A stretch of 64,000 nt of DNA. Origin: an uncultured bacterium (GTDB lineage Bacteria > Patescibacteriota > Patescibacteriia > Magasanikbacterales > GWA2-37-8). The stretch covers positions 124,459 to 188,458 of the forward strand of contig CALCZC010000007.1 of NCBI GenBank assembly GCA_937903605.1, in the 5' to 3' direction. Made by a program: the position numbers and the translations under genes. This document shows positions 51,645 to 62,403 of this stretch, piece by piece; the stretch's first letter is position 1; each line of letters starts with the position of its first letter. The notes below the pieces were generated by a model. The model had not been told where the DNA came from. It made no database searches and saw nothing but the letters and a program-made list of their open reading frames with translations.

Positions 51645-53471
51645 TTATCCGAGTATCTCTTTTATTTCTTCCTGTTCAATTGTTTCTTTTTCCAAAAGCA
51701 CGGCGACCATTTCTTCCAATTTATCTCTTTTACTTTCCAAAATTTCTCGCGCTTTGTTTTGCGCTTCATTTATAATTTTGATAACTTCTTCATCTATTTT
51801 TTCCGCAGTCTTGTCACTGTAATCTTGTTGCTCATGAATTTCTTTACCCAAGAATATCATCTCTTCTCTTTCACCAAAAGTTCGCGGACCAAGTTCACTC
51901 ATACCATAACGAGTTACCATGTCTTTGGCCACTTTAGTGGCATTTTTCAAATCCGATGAAGGACCGGTTGAAATCTGATCTTCACCATAGATCATCTTTT
52001 CTACTACATAACCACCCAAAGTCATCGCGAGTTCATCTTTAAACTGCGCCAGAGTATAGTAATGTTTATCCTCAGTCGGCATCTTGAGCGTATACCCTCC
52101 GGCTTGTCCGCGAGAAATGATAGAAACCTTTCTAACCGGATCACAATTTGACAAAGAATGACCAACAATGGCATGTCCGGCTTCGTGATAAGCGGTCATC
52201 TTTTTGTCTTTATCACTTATCACCCTACTTTTGCGTTCCGGTCCAAGCATTACTTTTTCAATACTTTCCAAGATTTCTGTTTCTGTAATTTTTTTGAGAT
52301 TACGACGCACAGTCAAAATAGCCGCTTCGTTTAACAAGCTTTCCAAATCTGCTCCGGAAAATCCAGGAGTGCGTTCGGCAACTTTACGCAAAGAAACATC
52401 TTTGATGAGCGGTTTGTTTTTAGCATGAATTTTGAGAATTTCTTCTCTATCTTTGATGTCAGGCATATTCAAAACTACGCGACGATCAAAACGACCAGGG
52501 CGAAGTAGCGCCGGATCCAAAACATCCGGACGATTGGTAGCAGCCATTACAATAACACCGCTGTTTGGTTCAAAACCATCCATTTCCACTAAAATTTGAT
52601 TGAGTGTTTGTTCACGTTCATCATGACCTCCGCCAAGGCCTGTACCACGTCTGCGACCCACAGCATCTATTTCATCAATAAACACGATGGCTGGAGCGGC
52701 TTTTTTGGCTTTGGCAAATAAATCACGCACCCGAGAGGCTCCCACCCCTACAAACATCTCTACAAACTCAGATCCTGACATATGGAAAAACGGCACATTG
52801 GCTTCACCGGCTACTGATTTGGCTAATAGTGTTTTACCGGTACCTGGAGCACCCATCAAAAGTACACCTTTGGGAATTTTGGCACCCATATCGGAAAACT
52901 TTTTTGGACTTTTTAAGAATTCCACTATTTCTTGTAACTCTTCTTTGGCTTCACCGGCTCCGGCAACATCCGCAAATGTTTTACGATTTTTATCACGCGG
53001 ATTTACCATGCGAGCGCTACTTTGTCCAAAACCCATAGCTTTATTATTTACCCCCTGCACCCCGCGACTCATGAAATAAAAAAATCCGATGATGATAAGC
53101 AGTGGCAATAATATCGGTAAAATGAAGTTTATCGCCCAAAATTTGACCGAGCTTTCATCTTTGATTTCCACTTCCAAACCAGCTTTGGCTTCTTCGCTGA
53201 CACTGTAATTTTTCAAAATATCACCAAACGATTCTCCAGCTTCTTTTTTTACTTCTTGCGGTCTGGCATTTTCATCCTTTAGTTCTATCTTGAGCAAATT
53301 TCCTTCTACCACTACTTTTTTAACCTGACCTTGATTTATCTGCTCAATCAAACGACCTATCCCGATTGTTTCCGGTTTTTTACTTTCCTCTTGTTGGACA
53401 AAACTCAAAACCGCGGCCACAACCAACAAACAACAAAAAATAATAATAAAATTTTTGAAAAAATCCTTCAT
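51645..53471 (-). CDS. ftsH: ATP-dependent zinc metalloprotease FtsH
   Basis: Two TM segments, [45 protein letters not shown]. Confidence 0.97.
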   Translation of the reverse strand: MKDFFKNFIIIFCCLLVVAAVLSFVQQEESKKPETIGIGRLIEQINQGQVKKVVVEGNLLKIELKDENARPQEVKKEAGESFGDILKNYSVSEEAKAGLEVEIKDESSVKFWAINFILPILLPLLIIIGFFYFMSRGVQGVNNKAMGFGQSSARMVNPRDKNRKTFADVAGAGEAKEELQEIVEFLKSPKKFSDMGAKIPKGVLLMGAPGTGKTLLAKSVAGEANVPFFHMSGSEFVEMFVGVGASRVRDLFAKAKKAAPAIVFIDEIDAVGRRRGTGLGGGHDEREQTLNQILVEMDGFEPNSGVIVMAATNRPDVLDPALLRPGRFDRRVVLNMPDIKDREEILKIHAKNKPLIKDVSLRKVAERTPGFSGADLESLLNEAAILTVRRNLKKITETEILESIEKVMLGPERKSRVISDKDKKMTAYHEAGHAIVGHSLSNCDPVRKVSIISRGQAGGYTLKMPTEDKHYYTLAQFKDELAMTLGGYVVEKMIYGEDQISTGPSSDLKNATKVAKDMVTRYGMSELGPRTFGEREEMIFLGKEIHEQQDYSDKTAEKIDEEVIKIINEAQNKAREILESKRDKLEEMVAVLLEKETIEQEEIKEILG

Positions 53472-53715
53472 AAATAAACGTTTTTAATATAATTTAGAGT
53501 AAATTAATTTTACAATATATATAAGAAAAAATCAACTCTGTTTAATTTAACAGTGTTTTTAATATATCAAAAATCAAAATTAAACTAATTTTGGCTAAGG
53601 CTATTGACAAAATCGCTAAAACATGTTAAAGTATTCTGTTTTGTTCCCCTATGAATTATATATAGGGAACCGAACTTTTTTTGTACTTTAAAAACACAAC
53701 ATAGGAGAATGCACA

Positions 53716-54948
53716 ATGAAAGATCCTTTTATTTTTGAAAAGTCAATCTTGGAAAATGGATTGACGGTCGTGAGTAAACAAATCCCCGGTAAAAAAAGAG
53801 TTGATGTGGGTTTCGTGATTCACGCCGGTGCTTACCAAGACCCTGTCGGTAAAAGCGGCTTGGCACATTTCGTGGAACATTTAGCCCCACACAATTCCGG
53901 ACTTTCGATCTCACAGATTCTGAAAAATTTCGACTTGGCCGGTGGTTTTGCCGAACTTGGCGAAACCAGGTTTTTTGACACTTCGTATCAATTCTGTTGT
54001 CCGCTTGAAAATTTCGAAGATAGCCTTGACTTCTTTGGTAAATTCCTGATGGAGGCTTTGTTTGACAAAAAAGCCGTTCTCAACGAGAAACCAATAATCA
54101 TCAATGAGTTCGGAGAAAAGTACGCTTGCGATCGTGATTACAAAAAACACATGATTCAACTGCAAGAGCTCTATCGCGATACTATACTCGCCAAAATCAA
54201 AGGGGTTGTCGGTTCGAAAAAAGACATCAGAAATATCACTCATCATGATCTTCAAGAATTCTATAATACCTACTATACTCCGCAAAACATGAGTGTCGTC
54301 GTTTTGAGCAGTTTCAAAAAGGAAGATCTTTTGAAAAAAATAAGCTCCAGTCCTTTGGGGAAAAAGAAGTCGGGAAAAAGAATTGTCTTACCCGAACCGG
54401 CTGATTTTGAGAATATCTTGCCCTCGGATTATACGGAAAGGAGACGTAATAGGGTTTCATCCGGGATGATACAAGTGAATCATCTGTTGCCGAAAAAATT
54501 CCCCCGTGGAACAGTCCAGATATTTGAAAAACTTGTTTCTGATCTGTTGTTTAACAAAATCCGAGAAGAAAAGAGGATAGCTTACCAAGCCAATCTGGAT
54601 ATAATCGACCATGTTTCGTTTTACGAATCCATCATTTATATTCCTAGTTTCGAACTGAAAAGTAAAAACATTATCTGGAGGATAATAATGGAAACGATAG
54701 AACAAGTGGCTGACAATGAAGAATTTTTTGACGAGGTGAAAAAGATCACGATAAACAAGTTCAATCTGTATGAACACAGTGCCGAGGGCATACTTTCAAG
54801 TGCCATGGAAATGCTTTCCTTTAACCATATTACCTTCAGTAAAAAGGAATTGCGGGATGTGTTAAAGAAAACGACTTTCCAAGACATGATAGAAATATCA
54901 GCCTGTTACAAAAATGGCAGATCTTTCTGCATTTTGGAAACTCCTTAA
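53716..54948 (+). CDS. M16-family (insulinase/pitrilysin-like) zinc peptidase, boxA-cassette gene
   Basis: LENGLTV, SGLAHFVEHL (HXXEH), FYNTYYTPQNM, LFNKIREEKRIAY. Confidence 0.85.
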   Translation: MKDPFIFEKSILENGLTVVSKQIPGKKRVDVGFVIHAGAYQDPVGKSGLAHFVEHLAPHNSGLSISQILKNFDLAGGFAELGETRFFDTSYQFCCPLENFEDSLDFFGKFLMEALFDKKAVLNEKPIIINEFGEKYACDRDYKKHMIQLQELYRDTILAKIKGVVGSKKDIRNITHHDLQEFYNTYYTPQNMSVVVLSSFKKEDLLKKISSSPLGKKKSGKRIVLPEPADFENILPSDYTERRRNRVSSGMIQVNHLLPKKFPRGTVQIFEKLVSDLLFNKIREEKRIAYQANLDIIDHVSFYESIIYIPSFELKSKNIIWRIIMETIEQVADNEEFFDEVKKITINKFNLYEHSAEGILSSAMEMLSFNHITFSKKELRDVLKKTTFQDMIEISACYKNGRSFCILETP

Positions 54949-55042
54949 ACACAAAAAACGTTCTTTACACCGGCCTCCTCTTTGGAGGCCTTTTTATTTA
55001 CAAAAAAATAACGCCGTTATCGGCGTTATTTTTAAAAAAGTT

Positions 55043-56242
55043 TTATTCTTCTTTTTTATCTTCTTTTTCTTCCTTGTGCTTTTTTTCTTTTTTCTCTGCT
55101 TTTTCTGACTTCACCGCTTTTTCTTCTTTTCCTGGTTTTTCATCTTTCTTTTCTTCCTTTTTAGCCTTACCTTTTACTCCAGCCACGCGCAAACCAAGAC
55201 GATGTTCGGTCGGTTCTAGAGATACGACAGTAAAGTCCATTTCCGTACCAACTTGAAATTTACTTTGAATATTGGCAATCGGTTCATCGGATAATTCAGA
55301 AACATGGGCTAAACCATGGATATCTTTATCCAAACCGATCATCAAACCAAACGGTTCAATTTTCAAAATTTTACCTTTAACCGTATCGCCAATTTTATAT
55401 TTTTCCTTAACCACTTTCCACGGATCTTCAACTAAACGTTTCATGGAAAGATAAATTTTGGAATGATCAAGTTGAATAATTTGAGCTTGAACTCTATCAC
55501 CAACTCTGAGTAGATCTTTCGGATGATCAATACGTTGCCAAGCAATTTCGGAAATATGGATAAGACCTTCAAGTCCTTGACCAAATTTGATGAAAGCACC
55601 AAAAGAAGTGAGAGCAGAAACTTCACCGTCAACCGTATCGCCGACTTTATAAGCTTCCAATACCGCCTTTTGAGCATCATCCCAAACACTTTTTTCAGAA
55701 ACTATCAATTTTTCTTCATTTTCATCAACGTCAATAACTTTAACTTCCAAATCCTTACCAATAAGCTCCTGAAGTTTTTCCAAAATTCTATTTTTATCTC
55801 CACCCATCACTCGAGGATAATGATCCGGGTTAAGTTGAGAAACAGGCATAAAACCGGCTACAGCGCCGACCTGCATCATAACTCCACCTTTGTTGGCAGC
55901 CAAAACTTTGGCTTTAACCGTTATGCCGTCTTTCATCCATTTGCGTAGATTATCCCAAACACGTTGCATGCCAGCAACTTTGAAAGAAAGCTCCATTTCG
56001 CCGTTTTCGTTTTCCAAATCAATAACCGTACCTTCTACTTCATTGCCCGGTTTTAAATTGGCATATTCTTGAGATTCAGTAAACATTTCCGCACCTCGAA
56101 CAATGGCGGTTGTTAAGCCTTCTATCTCTAAACGAATTTCTCCTTTATCGACATATATAACTTTGCCTTTGACAATGTCTCCCAATTTAGGAAAATTGAC
56201 TAAATTTTCAGCTAATAATGTCTTAAAATCTTTGTTAGACAT
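55043..56242 (-). CDS. rpsA: 30S ribosomal protein S1 (four S1 domains, Lys/Glu tail)
   Basis: Repeated S1 motifs (NKGG..GFMPVSQL; FGAFIKF..EGLIHISE; GLAHVSE). Confidence 0.9.
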   Translation of the reverse strand: MSNKDFKTLLAENLVNFPKLGDIVKGKVIYVDKGEIRLEIEGLTTAIVRGAEMFTESQEYANLKPGNEVEGTVIDLENENGEMELSFKVAGMQRVWDNLRKWMKDGITVKAKVLAANKGGVMMQVGAVAGFMPVSQLNPDHYPRVMGGDKNRILEKLQELIGKDLEVKVIDVDENEEKLIVSEKSVWDDAQKAVLEAYKVGDTVDGEVSALTSFGAFIKFGQGLEGLIHISEIAWQRIDHPKDLLRVGDRVQAQIIQLDHSKIYLSMKRLVEDPWKVVKEKYKIGDTVKGKILKIEPFGLMIGLDKDIHGLAHVSELSDEPIANIQSKFQVGTEMDFTVVSLEPTEHRLGLRVAGVKGKAKKEEKKDEKPGKEEKAVKSEKAEKKEKKHKEEKEDKKEE

Positions 56243-56369
56243 ATATATAAAACAAAAAAATTCTCTTAACCCTCCGCCTCTGGCGGATGAGTGCTTACCA
56301 CTAAAACGGGTAAGCTTAATAGCTAATTTTTAATCATTATACACAGGTCTCTAATACTTGTCAAGAGTT

Positions 56370-57353
56370 TGTACAGTACACCTTCAAGGGTTACACTTGT
56401 GGATAATTGCTAAGCTAAGATATTTCTCGTAAGGAGTAAGCCCATTCATGCCTTTACCTTCATGTGGTCTTTGATGGTTGTACCAATAAGTATAAGCTTG
56501 TAGTTTGTTCCAAGGACGATTTTCATTTAAATAATATTCATCATCAATACTTCTGTTAGCTCTTTCTACTTTACCATTCCAAGGAGCAGATCTTTTAGGA
56601 ATATATCTATGAATTATGTTTTTGTTGTTTAAATATTTGTGGAACACCCCTCTAAATTCCGAACCATTATCTGTTTGAATACCTACAATTAGAAAAGGAA
56701 AATATCTTTTAGCTTGTTGGTATGCCCAGATAGTGGAAAAAGCATCTTTGCTTTTTGTTTCTATGGCAAATTGTAGATTGGTAACTGTGTCTAAAAATCT
56801 ATATTGATAACTCCAAGTTAAATCTTCTCCTGGTACGTATTTTACGTCTAATTGCACGTTTTCTCCGGGTATTAGGGCTATATATGGTTTTTTCAAAGGA
56901 GCATACCAAGACTGCTTCTTCTGTGGTTTTCTAATTAAATGTCTTTTTTTATAGTATTTATATATTGTATTGGCAGATATTTTTAATTTGTAATTTTTTT
57001 CTAAAAACAGTTTCATTTTATTAGGTCCAAAATTATATTTAATTTTGTTTTCATAAATAATAACCTTGAACTTCGTTGTTAATTTTGTTTGAGGATGAAT
57101 CTCTCTTCTTTTGGAGTTTCTAAATACTAAATGATGGTCCAAATTATACCATTTGTAATATGTCTTTCGACTAATACCAAAGACATTACAAATCTCTTTA
57201 ACTGTCTTTCCATATTTATCAACTTGTAGATACCAACGAGCTCTCATTTCAGAAGGAGCGCTTAAAGGTGTACCTGCCATATTTTTATTTACTAAGGATT
57301 AAAAGTGTTACCCTTAGTTTAGCAGAGTGTTACCTTTTATGGTGTACTATACA
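56370..57353 (-). mobile_element. IS481-family insertion sequence, 984 bp, intact
   Basis: TGT...ACA ends; 27-bp imperfect IRs TGTACAGTACACCTTCAAGGGTTACAC vs TGTATAGTACACCATAAAAGGTAACAC (22/27); 5-bp direct repeat GAGTT at 56365-56369 and 57354-57358. Confidence 0.9.
56384..57280 (-). CDS. IS481-family DDE transposase (HTH + rve integrase core)
   Basis: FGISRKTYYKW HTH; QLDVK, IQTDNGSEF, PWNGKVER, YNHQRPH. Confidence 0.92.
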   Translation of the reverse strand: MAGTPLSAPSEMRARWYLQVDKYGKTVKEICNVFGISRKTYYKWYNLDHHLVFRNSKRREIHPQTKLTTKFKVIIYENKIKYNFGPNKMKLFLEKNYKLKISANTIYKYYKKRHLIRKPQKKQSWYAPLKKPYIALIPGENVQLDVKYVPGEDLTWSYQYRFLDTVTNLQFAIETKSKDAFSTIWAYQQAKRYFPFLIVGIQTDNGSEFRGVFHKYLNNKNIIHRYIPKRSAPWNGKVERANRSIDDEYYLNENRPWNKLQAYTYWYNHQRPHEGKGMNGLTPYEKYLSLAIIHKCNP

Positions 57354-57533
57354 GAGTTGGCTAATTTTAGCTGTTTTTTAATCACATTTTCCCCTTGCGG
57401 AGAACCTAGGTTTATGTTAAAATATAGTCGTTATTAAATCTAAAAATCAGAAGCTAAAATATAAATAAACTCGCCCCGCTTGACGGAAAAACGAGATTTT
57501 ACCTTTTGATTTTTGACTTTTGAATTTTTTAAT

Positions 57534-58154
57534 ATGCATATCAATTGGCTTGGACAAACTTGTGTTAAAATACAAACCAAAAATCTCAAAGACGAAGATA
57601 TCGTGATTATTATTGATCCCTATAAACCGGAAAAAGGTGATTTTCCTCGTAACTTTTCTCCAGACGTAGTTTTATATAGTAAAACCGCAAAAGATTCGGT
57701 CACTATTTCCGATTCCGCTTTTGTCGTGGAAACACTTGGTGAATATGAAGTTAAAGATAATATGATTTATGCTATTGACGCCAATGAAAAAGAAATGATT
57801 TTCAAAATTTCAGCCGAAGGAATGAACATTGTTCATCTGGGCAATGTCAAAGAGAAAATTTCTGAAAGTGTTATAGAAAAACTAGGCACTCCTGATATTC
57901 TCTTTTTACCGATCGGTAACGGAGAAAAATCTCTTGATCCTAAAAAGGCTCGGGAAGCTGTTTCTATACTTGAACCACGTGTTATAATTCCAATAGCTTA
58001 TAAATGTGATACTGACCCGGAAGCATTGCCTTTGGAAAATTTTCTTAAAGAAATCGGGATAAAACCGGAAACAACGGATAAAAAAATAATTATCAAGAAA
58101 AAAGATCTTCCTCAAGAAGATACTAAAATTTTTGTTTTGGAAAAAAATTATTAA
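57534..58154 (+). CDS. MBL-fold (Lactamase_B_3-like) protein, metal motif degenerate
   Basis: MHINWLGQTC..IIIDPY, GEYEV, HLGN, DILFLPIG, LEPRVIIP. ATG at 57534. Confidence 0.78.
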   Translation: MHINWLGQTCVKIQTKNLKDEDIVIIIDPYKPEKGDFPRNFSPDVVLYSKTAKDSVTISDSAFVVETLGEYEVKDNMIYAIDANEKEMIFKISAEGMNIVHLGNVKEKISESVIEKLGTPDILFLPIGNGEKSLDPKKAREAVSILEPRVIIPIAYKCDTDPEALPLENFLKEIGIKPETTDKKIIIKKKDLPQEDTKIFVLEKNY

Positions 58155-58157
58155 AGT

Positions 58158-58610
58158 ATGGCCAAGAAGAAAAATTTTGCAAAACAACCGCCGGAAAAAG
58201 AACCTTCCACTAACCTGGAAAAATTTGCTATTTTTTTTGAACAACAAAACTCCAAAGATTCTGCTAGAAAACTTATGTGGAGCGGGGTTGTTTTAATTTT
58301 CGCCGGAATTTTATTTTTTGTAATTTTCGCCGCCAAAATGCAGATAAGTGCTTTTACTTGGGACCAAGAAACTCTAAAAATCAAAGATTCTGCACAACAA
58401 AGCTGGTCAGAATCGTTTGCTAAACAAGAAAAAGAAAAAGGGGTCAATGATATTAAAAAACAAGTTTCTGAATTTTTACAGCAAATTGCCAGTACTACCG
58501 CTATCAGCACAACCACTGTGTCTTCAACAATTACGTCTACGACATCTCCTATCATTACAAACACCACCACAGTAAGTTCATCTATCAAAAATAATATAAT
58601 AAAAAAATAA
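58158..58610 (+). CDS. Hypothetical single-pass membrane protein with Thr/Ser-rich tail
   Basis: One TM; C-terminal STTAISTTTVSSTITSTTS. Confidence 0.65.
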   Translation: MAKKKNFAKQPPEKEPSTNLEKFAIFFEQQNSKDSARKLMWSGVVLIFAGILFFVIFAAKMQISAFTWDQETLKIKDSAQQSWSESFAKQEKEKGVNDIKKQVSEFLQQIASTTAISTTTVSSTITSTTSPIITNTTTVSSSIKNNIIKK

Positions 58611-58731
58611 CTTGTCTTCAGCTTAACTGACAAGTATTTAATATTTAATATTCAATATTTTTGGCATAACTATTTTTTTAAATAACCAATATTGAATAAT
58701 AAATATTGAATAATAAAAAATATAATAATGT

Positions 58732-61221
58732 ATGGCTCAAGAAAAAATGAAATTAGTAAAAGGAGATATTGGCAAAATTACAGACGCTTCACTTTCGCAA
58801 GAAGTTAAACAAGCTTATTTGGAATATGCGATGAGCGTTATCGTGTCTCGCGCGCTACCGGATGTTCGTGACGGTCTCAAACCTGTTCACAGACGCATTC
58901 TTTATGCTATGTGGGATATCGGTCTGAAACATAATGCCAAATTCCGCAAATCCGCTCACGTGGTCGGTGAGGTGATGGCCAAATACCACCCTCACGGCGA
59001 TGCTGCAATTTATGATTCTATGGTGCGCATGGCCCAAGATTTTTCAATGCGCCATCAACTAGTCAATGGTCAGGGAAACTTCGGCTCTATGGACGGAGAC
59101 AGTGCGGCCGCTATGCGTTATACTGAAGCCAAGCTCCAAGCAATTGCCGAGGAAATGCTTACTGATATTGAAAAAAATACCGTTAATTTCAATCCTACTT
59201 ACGATGGCTCTCACAATGAGCCGGCTGTATTACCAACAAAGGTACCAAACCTCCTTTTAAACGGTACCATGGGTATTGCTGTCGGCATGGCGACTTCTAT
59301 CGCCCCTCATAATTTAGGTGAACTTTGCGACGGTATTACAAAATTGATTGAGGACCCAGAAACTTCTTTGGAAGATTTATGTGAAGTAGTCAAAGGTCCG
59401 GATTTTCCAACTGGCGGTATAATCTATAATAAAAAAGATATTTTTACCGCTCTAGCAACCGGCAAAGGCGGTGTGGTATTACGCGCCAAGGCTGATATTG
59501 AAGAACCAAAAGCCGGACATTTTCAAATTATTGTTACTGAAGTCCCCTATCAAATCAACAAAGCTACTCTTTTGGAAAAAATAGCAAATTTAGTTCAAGA
59601 AAAAAGAATTGAAGGCATCAAAGATTTACGTGATGAAAGTAATAAAGATGGTGTCCGTGTTGTTATTGAGCTCAAAAAAGATGCTTATCCCAAAAAAGTT
59701 CTCAATCAACTTTATAATCTCACGGAATTGCAGACCACATTTCACACCAACATGTTAGCATTGGTTGATGGTATTCAGCCTCGTGTTTTGAACCTCAAAA
59801 CTGTTTTGGAAGAATTTATTAAACACAGACAAGAAGTAATAAAAAGACGAACAGAATTTGATTTGGAAAAGGCCAAAGATCGCGCCCATATTTTAGAAGG
59901 TCTCAAAATGGCGCTGGATAAAATCGATCTTATCATCAAAACTATCAAGGCCAGTAAAGATAAGGAAGAGGCACGTAAAAATTTGATGGGCAAGTTTAAA
60001 TTTACTGAACGACAAACAGTGGCTATTTTGGAAATGAAATTACAACAATTAGCTAACCTGGAAGCGAAAAAAATTGAAGATGAACTTAAAGAAAAATTAA
60101 CTTTGATAAAAGAACTGGAAAGTATTCTGGCCTCTAAAACCAAAATTCTCAAAATCATCAAGGATGAAACTGTAGAGATAAAAGAAAAGTTTGCACAACC
60201 TCGTCGCACTCAAATAATTGCTCATGGCATCAAGGATTTCACTGTGGAAGATCTGATTCCCAACGAACCAACTATGATCCTTATTACTTCCGATGGTTAT
60301 ATCAAACGTATGCCGCCGGATACTTTCCGTCAACAAAGCCGAGGTGGCAAAGGTGTTATCGGCATGACCACCAAAGAAGAAGAGGCGGTGGAACAAATCC
60401 AATCAACCAATACCCATGATAATATTTTGTTTTTTACCAATCGCGGACGATGTTTCCAGCTGATGGCTTATGATATTCCGCAAGCTTCTCGCACCGCCAA
60501 AGGCCAAGCTTTGGTAAACTTCTTGCAATTAGCGCCAAATGAAAAAGTAACCGCCTTCCTTGCTATGTCAGATATGGAAAAAATAAAATATTTAGTCATG
60601 GTTACCACTAAAGGTGTTATCAAAAAAACTCCGCTGAATGATTTTGCCAATGTACGCAAAAGCGGTTTGATAGCTCTAAAAATCCGTCCTGAAGACAATC
60701 TGGAGTGGGTCAAACCAAGCACCGGCAAAGACGAAATCATGATCGCTACCAAAGAAGGACAATCTATCCGTTTTGAAGAAGAAGATGTCCGTTCTATGGG
60801 CAGAACAGCCTCGGGTGTCAAAGGCGTAAGATTACACGATAAAGATGAAGTTATTGGTATGGATATCGTCAACCCAGAAAGCAAAAACCTAAAATTTTTA
60901 ACCGTGGGTGAAAATGGTTTGGGCAAACTCACTCCGCTAAATGAATATAAAGTTCAAGGACGTGCCGGCAGCGGTATCAAAACCGCCAAAGTTACAGAGA
61001 AAACCGGCTATATCATTCACGCCAGTGTGATTGATCCGGAATTATCCGCTAATCAAGATATTATACTGATGTCCGCCAAAGGCCAAGTAATTCGCATGCC
61101 TTTCAAAACCATTCCAACCACCGGCCGAGCTACTCAAGGTGTTCGTCTGATGCGTTTCAAAGAAGAGGGTGATAAGGTTGTATCTGTCGCTATGGTATTA
61201 CAAGAAACAGAAAAGGAATAA
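58732..61221 (+). CDS. gyrA: DNA gyrase subunit A
   Basis: [29 protein letters not shown], GyrA-box QSRGGKG, beta-pinwheel repeats. Confidence 0.97.
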   Translation: MAQEKMKLVKGDIGKITDASLSQEVKQAYLEYAMSVIVSRALPDVRDGLKPVHRRILYAMWDIGLKHNAKFRKSAHVVGEVMAKYHPHGDAAIYDSMVRMAQDFSMRHQLVNGQGNFGSMDGDSAAAMRYTEAKLQAIAEEMLTDIEKNTVNFNPTYDGSHNEPAVLPTKVPNLLLNGTMGIAVGMATSIAPHNLGELCDGITKLIEDPETSLEDLCEVVKGPDFPTGGIIYNKKDIFTALATGKGGVVLRAKADIEEPKAGHFQIIVTEVPYQINKATLLEKIANLVQEKRIEGIKDLRDESNKDGVRVVIELKKDAYPKKVLNQLYNLTELQTTFHTNMLALVDGIQPRVLNLKTVLEEFIKHRQEVIKRRTEFDLEKAKDRAHILEGLKMALDKIDLIIKTIKASKDKEEARKNLMGKFKFTERQTVAILEMKLQQLANLEAKKIEDELKEKLTLIKELESILASKTKILKIIKDETVEIKEKFAQPRRTQIIAHGIKDFTVEDLIPNEPTMILITSDGYIKRMPPDTFRQQSRGGKGVIGMTTKEEEAVEQIQSTNTHDNILFFTNRGRCFQLMAYDIPQASRTAKGQALVNFLQLAPNEKVTAFLAMSDMEKIKYLVMVTTKGVIKKTPLNDFANVRKSGLIALKIRPEDNLEWVKPSTGKDEIMIATKEGQSIRFEEEDVRSMGRTASGVKGVRLHDKDEVIGMDIVNPESKNLKFLTVGENGLGKLTPLNEYKVQGRAGSGIKTAKVTEKTGYIIHASVIDPELSANQDIILMSAKGQVIRMPFKTIPTTGRATQGVRLMRFKEEGDKVVSVAMVLQETEKE

Positions 61222-61231
61222 AAAATAAATA

Positions 61232-61267
61232 AAAAGAACACCCCTTAAATAAGGGTGTTCTTTTTTA
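61232..61267. terminator. Bidirectional intrinsic terminator after gyrA
   Basis: AAAAAGAACACCC-loop-GGGTGTTCTTTTTT. Confidence 0.8.
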
Positions 61268-61627
61268 TTATTATTCCTTACACAAGTGAAGAACCCCGTT
61301 TTTGATCCAACATCTTTTAACACACCCCTCAAATAAACAGACAAGCAATGCTATTTTTTGAGATGTTTAAAATATTTGGAACGAAATTCTTCGCTTTTGT
61401 ATGAAATAATAATTTTATCTAATCATTTTTGAGCAACTTATGATTATATCAGAATTCTATATTTTTGTCAATATTGTTATAATATTTTTTAAACACTTTT
61501 ATCTTTAATCTTAAAAATAAGGTCTAAATTAGCTAAAATAAACCAAATTATTGTCAAAAAAAACTTGACAAAATTAATAAATTATGCTATATTAACCTTA
61601 TATTAAAAATTCTTAATCAAAGAATAT

Positions 61628-62389
61628 ATGCATGAAGATTTGCTTTTATCTTTAGGTTTAAATAAAAATGAGGCTGAAATTTATGAAATTTTACTTACTA
61701 GTGGAAAATCTATGGTTAAGGACGTTCTTAAAAAAACCAAGATTCAAAGAAGTAATGTGTATAACATTTTAAATACACTAAAGGATAAAGGGCTGATTCA
61801 AGAAACACAAAACCGACGCGGTTTATCGATGTATTTCTGTGAAAATCCGGAAAAACTAGAAATGCTAGTTTTAAAAGAACAAGAACGACTAGAAGAGACG
61901 GCGGAAAAATTAAAAAAACATTTGCGTGAATTAAAAAAAATATACATTGAAAAACAAGAAAGACCTGTGGTAAGCTATGTTCAGGGCTTTGAAGATTATA
62001 AAAAAATATATGAATTAGTCTTTGATTCTCCCGAAAAAGAATCTTTGGTTTTTAGTTCAACTTTTGGCAATACGATATTGGATAATTATCTTACTGAATA
62101 CGGAAAAAGAAAATCAGAGGCTGGAATTACAACAAAAATATTTTCTTCTAAAAAACCAATCCCCTCTCTTCTCAAAAGTGATGCTGAATTTAAAAGAATA
62201 CGCCGTTACATGGGAGAAGATCTCCCAGCTGAAATTTTAATTTACGGAAAAAATACCATGGCTTTTCTCTGTTATCAAAAAGAACCTTTTGGGGTGGTAA
62301 TTGAAAACGAAGAAATAGTTCAAACATTAACTAAACTATTTAATTTTGTCTGGAAAGCAACTCCTTCCCCCTATCAAGATAATAAGTAA
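61628..62389 (+). CDS. TrmB-family transcriptional regulator
   Basis: LGLNKNEAEIYEILL...RSNVYNILNTLKDKGLI winged HTH, coiled linker, C-terminal EILIYG...GVVIENEEI...LFNFVW. Confidence 0.85.
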   Translation: MHEDLLLSLGLNKNEAEIYEILLTSGKSMVKDVLKKTKIQRSNVYNILNTLKDKGLIQETQNRRGLSMYFCENPEKLEMLVLKEQERLEETAEKLKKHLRELKKIYIEKQERPVVSYVQGFEDYKKIYELVFDSPEKESLVFSSTFGNTILDNYLTEYGKRKSEAGITTKIFSSKKPIPSLLKSDAEFKRIRRYMGEDLPAEILIYGKNTMAFLCYQKEPFGVVIENEEIVQTLTKLFNFVWKATPSPYQDNK

Positions 62390-62403
62390 TAAATTATTAA
62401 AAT

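Noticed and set aside
58987-59016. Acquired quinolone-resistance mutation in GyrA ([10 protein letters not shown], Ala at the Ser83-equivalent)
   Set aside because: Ala occurs naturally at this position in several lineages; nothing here indicates selection.
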